A stretch of DNA of 64,000 bases, taken from the sequence record DRR378314_251; one strand, written 5' to 3'. Shown piece by piece: positions 57,952 to 64,000 of the stretch (positions are counted from its first letter, which is position 1; each line of letters opens with the position of its first letter). Below the pieces are notes generated by a model that was not told the DNA's origin, did not search any database, and saw only the letters and a list, made by a program, of their open reading frames with translations. A program made the translations under genes and the position numbers.

Positions 57952-58826
57952 TAGACAGACCTCCGTGCGGCCGCCTTTTCGAGCAGCTTGCGCTCCAGAG
58001 CGCCATAAAGCGCCGGCATGCGGCGCAAATAGGCTTCGGGAACAGCCCGCTTGATACGCCAGAGCAATCTGGCCTGCCCCGGAGCCACCATGTAGAACTT
58101 TTGCTTTTGCACGGCCAGAAGGAGTGCGTCGGCCACCTCTTCAGCGCTCCATGGCGCCATCTCGACCAGAGATCGCGCCTTTTCTCTTTCTGCTTCAGTT
58201 CCCCGCGTATGCTCGGCGATGCTCGATGTGTAGAAGGTCGTCATTTTCGTTGTTACACCAACCCCGAACGGTTTGAGTTCACTTCGGATCGTTTCGCTGA
58301 ACTGAACAATTCCGGCCTTTGTGGCCGCATAGCCGGAAAGATGTGGCATGCCATGAAATGCCGCCGCACTGGCAATGGTAGCGAAATGACCCTGACCCTG
58401 CTCGACCATGCCAGGCAGAAAGACTTTTCCGGCCCAGAAAGTCCCCAGCAGATTGACATCCACAACTTCCTGAAGGTGTGCAGGATCTGCTTCGAGAAAC
58501 GTCCCGCCAACCCCGATGCCGGCGCACGTAAATACCAGGTCCACACCGGATTCTCTCTGCAAGAAGGCTTCAGCCCCCACCTGCATTGCACTCAGATCCG
58601 AAACGTCAAAGCAAACCGGATAGGTTTTCGCGCCCATCGCGTTGCAGGCTTCACTGACTTCGCCGAGGCGCTGCGAGTCGACATCATTCAGCCAAAGCAC
58701 CCACCCATGGCGCGCGAGCTCAAGTGCCAGCGCCTTTCCAAGACCTGCGCCTGCGCCGGTGATTGCGCACCGCCTGGCTGGAAACCGGCTATGCAAGCGT
58801 TTAAGTTTGCGAGATTCCAAAGGCAT
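57951..58826 (-). CDS. SDR family oxidoreductase
   Basis: TGAGAGLG, IAS, YAATK; 1-nt overlap with the synthetase. Confidence 0.92.
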   Translation of the reverse strand: MPLESRKLKRLHSRFPARRCAITGAGAGLGKALALELARHGWVLWLNDVDSQRLGEVSEACNAMGAKTYPVCFDVSDLSAMQVGAEAFLQRESGVDLVFTCAGIGVGGTFLEADPAHLQEVVDVNLLGTFWAGKVFLPGMVEQGQGHFATIASAAAFHGMPHLSGYAATKAGIVQFSETIRSELKPFGVGVTTKMTTFYTSSIAEHTRGTEAEREKARSLVEMAPWSAEEVADALLLAVQKQKFYMVAPGQARLLWRIKRAVPEAYLRRMPALYGALERKLLEKAAARRSV

Positions 58827-58955
58827 CGATACGCCCCTCCCTTTCAGTAACCCGGACGAGCGCTATCGGTCCGGCAAACATATATGCCGGATGTTCCATT
58901 GAGTATTCAGTGAGGCCCTCTGCCGGACAGAAGCCGCCCGGCAATCGGGTCCTGG

Positions 58956-59339
58956 CTAGCGAAGGCTGCCCTTTTGGCCAACCGCTTCTTCCCAACGCTT
59001 CGACCATTGTGACAGTGCCCGCATGGCCGGCCCCAAATCCCGTCCTAGCTCTGTGAGAGCCCAGTCGCCATTTTCGTCGTGCGCGACAATACCTGCGTCG
59101 CGCAACTCCGAGAGCCGGGTCGATAAGGTATTGGGAGACATGCCGTCGCATTGGGCCTGAATTTGGCGAAATCCAAGCGGACCACCGCGTAGTTCCCAGA
59201 CAATCCGCAACACCCATCGTCTGCTGAGCAAATCGAGCGCGGCCATCACTGGACGACCCGAACTTGACCCTTTGACCGGGCGCCCCGGCAAGGGAACACG
59301 CGCTTTGGGAGCTGAAGCCGGTTTTTCGTTCTTTGTCAT
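58956..59339 (-). CDS. HxlR family winged-helix regulator
   Basis: GRPVMAALDLLSRRWVLRI...SPNTLSTRLSEL...WALTELG. Confidence 0.9.
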   Translation of the reverse strand: MTKNEKPASAPKARVPLPGRPVKGSSSGRPVMAALDLLSRRWVLRIVWELRGGPLGFRQIQAQCDGMSPNTLSTRLSELRDAGIVAHDENGDWALTELGRDLGPAMRALSQWSKRWEEAVGQKGSLR

Positions 59340-59470
59340 TGCGCCATCCCGAAACTGAGCCAGAGACCCTAGCATGCACCTGGCCGCCCGCAATCCGCCT
59401 TCCCTGCAATTGCCCCCGCGTCACGTGCACATGACAATCGTCGCAAGACGACTCGGGACATGTCATACCA

Positions 59471-60379
59471 TCAGACCAGATCATTGACCGAACTCGTCTT
59501 GAAATTGCGATCTTCTGCAGAGATCACCTCACCGCCAGTCTGCCGCAGCCAACTCAGCCGCCTGCGCCAGTCATCTGCGAAGGCTTCGTCCCGGAAATAG
59601 TTGAAATGTCCAATTGCCCTGCCGTCGAAGTCAGCAGGTCGCAACAATTCCAACGCCGTTTGGGCGTTGGGATAGCAAGCCCGAAGCGCCTCAAGACTTT
59701 CAGGCGGCGCCATCAAATCATCTTCAGCCGGCAAAAAGAGCATCGGTATTTCCACAGACCGAAAATGCCCTTCAATGGCTCTGCCATCCTCATCGCAAAA
59801 ATAGTGCGGGCTGAGACACCAGCGCGCCCATTCGAGCGCCATGCTGGCAGGCAGATTGGCCGTCCCCAAATCTGCTCCGGGAAAATAACCCTTCTCTGAT
59901 ACGGCTCCTGGAACAATACGGGTCCAATACTCTCTCAATCGCGCATGTTCCGATGTCGGCCAATTCTTGTAGTAGCCATGTGCACAGGCATGACAGAGGG
60001 CGGCTCGTACTTTCACATGAGCAGGCGCAAACCCGAGCATTTGTCCGCCGACCGAATGCGCTACCAAATACAGGTTTCGCTCCGGCTCACGCCACGATAC
60101 CCACTCAATCACCGCATCAAGGTCGTAGCGCCCCCAATCCGTCAGCGACCCTTTCGATGACTTCAGTTCCGAAACCCCCGCTCCTATCAAACGATAGTCA
60201 AACGTCATCACGGAAAAGCCGGACTCGACCGCAACGCTGGCAAATCGCTTGTAGTATTGGCGCGGCACACCCATTGCTGAGGCGACTACAATCGTGTCAA
60301 CGCCGCGATCTTCTGAAAAAAACGTCCCCTTGAGCAAACGCGCGTCAGCCGTCTCAATCTGAATTTCTTCTGCGTGCAC
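59471..60379 (-). CDS. Predicted alpha/beta hydrolase
   Basis: AMGVPRQYY, FDYRLIG, AHSVGG, DD, IGHFNYF; AAGGAGG before GTG 60379. Confidence 0.9.
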   Translation of the reverse strand: MHAEEIQIETADARLLKGTFFSEDRGVDTIVVASAMGVPRQYYKRFASVAVESGFSVMTFDYRLIGAGVSELKSSKGSLTDWGRYDLDAVIEWVSWREPERNLYLVAHSVGGQMLGFAPAHVKVRAALCHACAHGYYKNWPTSEHARLREYWTRIVPGAVSEKGYFPGADLGTANLPASMALEWARWCLSPHYFCDEDGRAIEGHFRSVEIPMLFLPAEDDLMAPPESLEALRACYPNAQTALELLRPADFDGRAIGHFNYFRDEAFADDWRRRLSWLRQTGGEVISAEDRNFKTSSVNDLV

Positions 60380-60388
60380 AAGCCCCTC

Positions 60389-60449
60389 CTTCATTTGATA
60401 CGATTTTCGTATCAAATGAAGCTTAGCATGTCGATACCGTTTTCGTATC
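60389..60449. promoter_or_regulatory. Tandem operator pair GATAC-N7-GTATC
   Basis: CTTCATTTGATACG-ATTTT-CGTATCAAATGAAG (14-bp perfect arms, 60389-60421) and GATACCGTTTTCGTATC at 60433; cores 36 nt apart. Confidence 0.85.
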
Positions 60450-60497
60450 AAATTAAAAAATGCACACAGACCGATTTCAGAGCATACCGCCAGCAAC

Positions 60498-61105
60498 TCA
60501 TCGTCCGGCGCTCACCTGCTCAATCGTTTCAAGGGCCTTGATCAATCCCTGCTCACAAGAATCCTCTCCCATGGCCAGCCGGCGGACGTAAATGAATTCG
60601 ATGTCCCGCAGGCCCATCAATCCAAGAACCTGTCTAATATAGGCTGTAAGCAGGTCTGTAGAGGTTCCCAGAAAGTCTCCTCCCTGGGCCGCAAGCACAT
60701 AGACCTGTTTTCCGGAAGCAGACCAACCGGACCTGAACCGGAATATTGAAACGTGTCACCTGCGCGTACCACATGATCCAGCCACGCTTTCAGCGTGGAA
60801 GGGATTCCAAGATTATACATCGGCACACCAAGGACGAGCCAGTCTGCCCGGATAAGCTCGGCGACAAGCCTGTCCGACAATGACGGCCCATCACGCTGAA
60901 CTCCGGACAGATCTGGTGCAGCCTTCCCGAACGTGTGAAACACATCCTGGGTCAGGTGCGGCACGGGATCTTTGGACAGATCCCTTTTTATATATTCCGC
61001 CTCCTGATTTCTCTTCAATATTTTGGAAGAGAGCGCGTCAGCCAGCCTGTTAGAATATGACGCATCGCCTCGCATGCCAGAATTGATTTGCAAGAGTGTC
61101 CTCAC
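60498..61105 (-). pseudogene. azoR: Frameshifted FMN-dependent NADH-azoreductase
   Basis: LLQINSGM...PMYNLGIPSTLKAWLD...GPVGLL in one frame; KQVYVLAAQGG...LGLMGL in another; 1-nt loss near 60712-60717. Confidence 0.85.
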
Positions 61106-61367
61106 CAGTCTCTCCTTATCCAAAACGATTGAGCACCGGCCACCCCGCAGCGCTCCCCTGTTGAGAGCCTCCTCTGTGAGGGCAAGATCGCTTTTCCAAG
61201 ATGGAGTGCCAATGCCAGCGCATAACACACTGGTAGGGTGCCCAGTGTTCAGGGACACTGAACTCCATGTTTGGACACAATGACCGACACCGCCGGGTGC
61301 AATCGCTATAAAGCAGTGATGAGGCCGATGGAGATTTGCTGGCCTGAGGCCAGAGGAATGAGATCAA

Positions 61368-62879
61368 GTGCGTGTCATCAAACCCCTTCTCATAGTGGTA
61401 TTTGCAACCATTCTGGCCGCGTGCACCCCCTATAGGCATGGGACCGCTTCTATGCCGCCTGCGCCATCACCCCATCCGGACGGTGGCAAAGCCACGCCGC
61501 AACCCGGCGTATCACCGACAATCCTGATTTCAATTGACGGCTTCCATCCCGACTATTTGACGAGAGGTATCACGCCGAATTTGTCACAACTCGCCGAGCA
61601 GGGTTCCAGTGGTCCCATGCGGCCCTCATTTCCCAGCAAAACGTTCCCCAACCACTGGACATTGGTGACCGGAAAGGTGCCGGACCAGCATGGAATAATC
61701 GCAAATAGAATGGAAGATGCCAGGAGACCTGGTGAGGTCTTTACCAAAGCCACCAATGATCCATGGTGGTGGCAAGACGCAAAGCCCATCTGGGTAGAAG
61801 CAGAACAAGCCGGCATTCAATCAGGTTTGATGTTCTGGCCAGGATCCGCGGTTGCATGGGGTGGTACATTACAGCCCCGGCTTCCGGCCAACGGGGGTAT
61901 TATGGCGACAGACTGGATCCCCTTCAGTATTCAGTTCACCGACACCCAGCGGGTTCGCACAATCCTGGACTGGCTACGTCGGCCCGCGCCGAAGCGGCCC
62001 GCCTTTTTGACGCTCTACTTCAACAGTATTGACAGAGCCGGGCATCGGGATGGACCTGAAGGAGATGAAATCAACGCCGCTCTGCGCGAGCTTGATCGTC
62101 ATATAGGTCTGTTCATGGAAGGACTGACCGAACTGAATGTCCACGCCAATCTGGTTATTGTGTCAGACCACGGCATGGCACCGGTCAGCTCTGAACGCGT
62201 GATCGTGCTGGATGAGGTGACTGACCCAAGCTTTTACAGAGTATTTGAAGACGGCGCCTATGCGAGCCTCGAACCTCTTGAGGCGCACATGAAAGCAGTT
62301 GAATCTGCCCTTCTTGCCCATCACCCACATATGCAATGTTGGCACAAATCGCATATTCCGAGCCAGTATCAGTACGGATCCCATCCGCGCATTCCAGCCT
62401 ATTTCTGCCTCGCCGACCCAGGTTGGACAATTGTCCAGTCTCGTCCCGAAACGCCTTGGGAAGGTGGGTCCCACGGTTACGATCCGTCTTCTCCGTCGAT
62501 GGCAGCATTGTTTATTGCGAACGGACCCGCATTTCGTGCCGGAGCGCGGATAGAGACATTTCAAAATACGGCTATCGCACCCTTACTGCGTTTTCTGATT
62601 GGTTTGGACAAGGAGCCCTCTGACGTCGTTCTGGACACATTGTCCCCTGCCCTCACGACCCATTCGACCGGCACTTGCACTAAGTTTCTGCAACCAGGAT
62701 TTCGAACCGGGCTGCCGCCGAAAGCGTGCCAGCCTGTTCCATCTGGGTCTGCCCCTTCAAATCGGAAAGATAGTCCAGAAAAGCGTCATACGCCCGAACC
62801 GGATCTCCCTGTGCAGCGGCAGCCTGTTTCTGAACCTGAACTTGATCAATCAGATCAAATCGCTGATGTGGGTCCATAG
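61368..62879 (+). CDS. Nucleotide pyrophosphatase/phosphodiesterase (alkaline phosphatase superfamily) lipoprotein
   Basis: Lipobox LAAC; ISIDGF, SKTFPNHWT, DRAGH, SDHGM, GSHGYD; GTG start. Confidence 0.93.
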   Translation: MRVIKPLLIVVFATILAACTPYRHGTASMPPAPSPHPDGGKATPQPGVSPTILISIDGFHPDYLTRGITPNLSQLAEQGSSGPMRPSFPSKTFPNHWTLVTGKVPDQHGIIANRMEDARRPGEVFTKATNDPWWWQDAKPIWVEAEQAGIQSGLMFWPGSAVAWGGTLQPRLPANGGIMATDWIPFSIQFTDTQRVRTILDWLRRPAPKRPAFLTLYFNSIDRAGHRDGPEGDEINAALRELDRHIGLFMEGLTELNVHANLVIVSDHGMAPVSSERVIVLDEVTDPSFYRVFEDGAYASLEPLEAHMKAVESALLAHHPHMQCWHKSHIPSQYQYGSHPRIPAYFCLADPGWTIVQSRPETPWEGGSHGYDPSSPSMAALFIANGPAFRAGARIETFQNTAIAPLLRFLIGLDKEPSDVVLDTLSPALTTHSTGTCTKFLQPGFRTGLPPKACQPVPSGSAPSNRKDSPEKRHTPEPDLPVQRQPVSEPELDQSDQIADVGP

Positions 62880-63162
62880 GGTTTCCGCCAACAGCCTCCG
62901 CAATTCCCGCCCGAAACGCGGCGCCTTTGGTTTCCAGCATAAGCAACCCTTCGGAATCACCAACGCCCGCTGCGCGCAGTTCGCCGACAAAAAGGTCTAT
63001 GTCTTTTGGGGATATCTGGTTGAAATCATATCTGGCTGCGATGCGTTGCGGTGAGCTTTCCTCCCCTGTCTTGCTTTCTTCTCCCCTGACCATGCTCGGC
63101 TTAGATGGCTCAGTACGCAAAAATTGGGGTTGCACCTGATAAGTATTTGTCATGATCTTCAC
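62680..63162 (-). CDS. Hypothetical protein
   Basis: 160-aa ORF with AGGAG RBS and protein-like composition; convergent overlap with the NPP tail. Confidence 0.7.
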   Translation of the reverse strand: MKIMTNTYQVQPQFLRTEPSKPSMVRGEESKTGEESSPQRIAARYDFNQISPKDIDLFVGELRAAGVGDSEGLLMLETKGAAFRAGIAEAVGGNPMDPHQRFDLIDQVQVQKQAAAAQGDPVRAYDAFLDYLSDLKGQTQMEQAGTLSAAARFEILVAET

Positions 63163-63538
63163 ACTGATTACTCCTGTTTTCCTGGAAGTATCTCAGTGCG
63201 TTGGTAAAGGCATCCCTAATCGCCCCCCGCCAGCTGGACGAAACCAAAGGCTGAGTGGCGCTTCACGTCAGCTTAAGTGTACAAGTATTCTGCCCAATAG
63301 TCCCGAGACCAGGAATCGCTCATGCTCCAAGACGCTGCGCTTGCCTGGCGGAAACGCATTCGGAAGGATGCGACACATCCTGGATGAGTTCAGAATATCT
63401 GACATTCGGCTACCAGCCGATGAGCGCCCCCAAATGTTCGATAACGTGGAATTGATAGTCCAAGATGTTTCAGATTGGTCCGTGCTTGCATAGGCTAAGC
63501 TGAAACATGCGCGATCAAGTCACGACAGAGGACCCATT

Positions 63539-64000
63539 ATGCAAAAATCCAAACTCAAATATGTGGCGCTTGGGTTCACCTCATTGGTTTCCTTCGCCCT
63601 TGTCAGCGGTTGCCAGTCCCCTTTGGCCGCTCAGGAAACCCTGGAAGATGCGAATCTCGCCAAGGCCATCCAGTGTATGGAAATCGTGGAAGTCGATCTG
63701 GACGTTGCCCGTTTCGGAGACGAGTGCGTGGCTGAGGGTTATATTCAGCACTCGCCTCATGTGCCTGACGGAAAGGACGGTCTTCTCACCTATTTCGAGG
63801 GACGCGTGGAACGCTATCCGGAGATGCATGGCGAGATAAAGCGGGCGGGCGCTGATGGAGACCTGGTCTGGCTCCATATGCATTTTAAAGCCGAACCAGA
63901 AGCCCCTGGTAATGCGGTCATGCACATCTTCCGGATGGAAGACGGAAAGTTCGCAGAACACTGGGGCGTCGGCACACCTGTCCGCAAATCCGAACTACAC
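63539..64000 (+). CDS. SnoaL/NTF2-like lipoprotein (runs off the window; absent from the ORF track)
   Basis: Manual translation MQKSKLKYVALG...VSGC...YIQHSPHVPDGKDG...ADGDLVWLH...HIFRMEDGKFAEHW; GAGG RBS. Confidence 0.88.
   Translation, partial: MQKSKLKYVALGFTSLVSFALVSGCQSPLAAQETLEDANLAKAIQCMEIVEVDLDVARFGDECVAEGYIQHSPHVPDGKDGLLTYFEGRVERYPEMHGEIKRAGADGDLVWLHMHFKAEPEAPGNAVMHIFRMEDGKFAEHWGVGTPVRKSELH

Noticed and set aside
3395-63961. Long shadow ORFs (e.g. 3395-4045, 5503-6279, 21730-22356, 33938-34570, 50375-50968, 57816-58850, 63581-63961)
   Set aside because: Antisense to well-supported genes and lacking motifs

Overview
Gene-dense accessory (island-like) region. Gene content (TonB-dependent receptors, FecI/FecR pair, many lipoprotein hydrolases) suggests an aquatic alphaproteobacterium, possibly Hyphomonas-like; that assignment is inference only. 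No rRNA, tRNA, CRISPR array, integrase or transposase was seen. Main modules: (1) about 5.6-21 kb, a phosphonate catabolic locus built on a phosphonopyruvate hydrolase (EDKTFPKTTS, not the PepM EDKxxxxxNS motif), with a divergent LysR, an Asp-aminotransferase-like enzyme, an M17 aminopeptidase, a degenerate HIT protein, a Na/Pi-PhoU transporter and an aldehyde dehydrogenase, next to a TonB receptor-MFS-S9 pseudopeptidase unit. This is the best candidate for an undescribed system (phosphonoalanyl-peptide utilisation). (2) A decayed, rearranged copy of the DMT and MBL genes of 21.5-24.5 kb lying at 4.1-5.0 kb. (3) A DddD-like double CoA-transferase operon (28-31 kb) and an acyl-CoA synthetase/thioesterase/SDR/HxlR cluster (55.6-60.4 kb) that share the same tandem operator with identical 36-nt spacing, 29 kb apart. 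(4) An EmrAB-TolC-type efflux system with TetR. (5) An ECF sigma-FecR-TonB transducer-AtxE2-like isopeptidase module with no lasso peptide biosynthesis genes in the window. (6) Several pseudogenes and small regulator/enzyme pairs. All family assignments come from motif recognition and recalled family features; no database searches were run.
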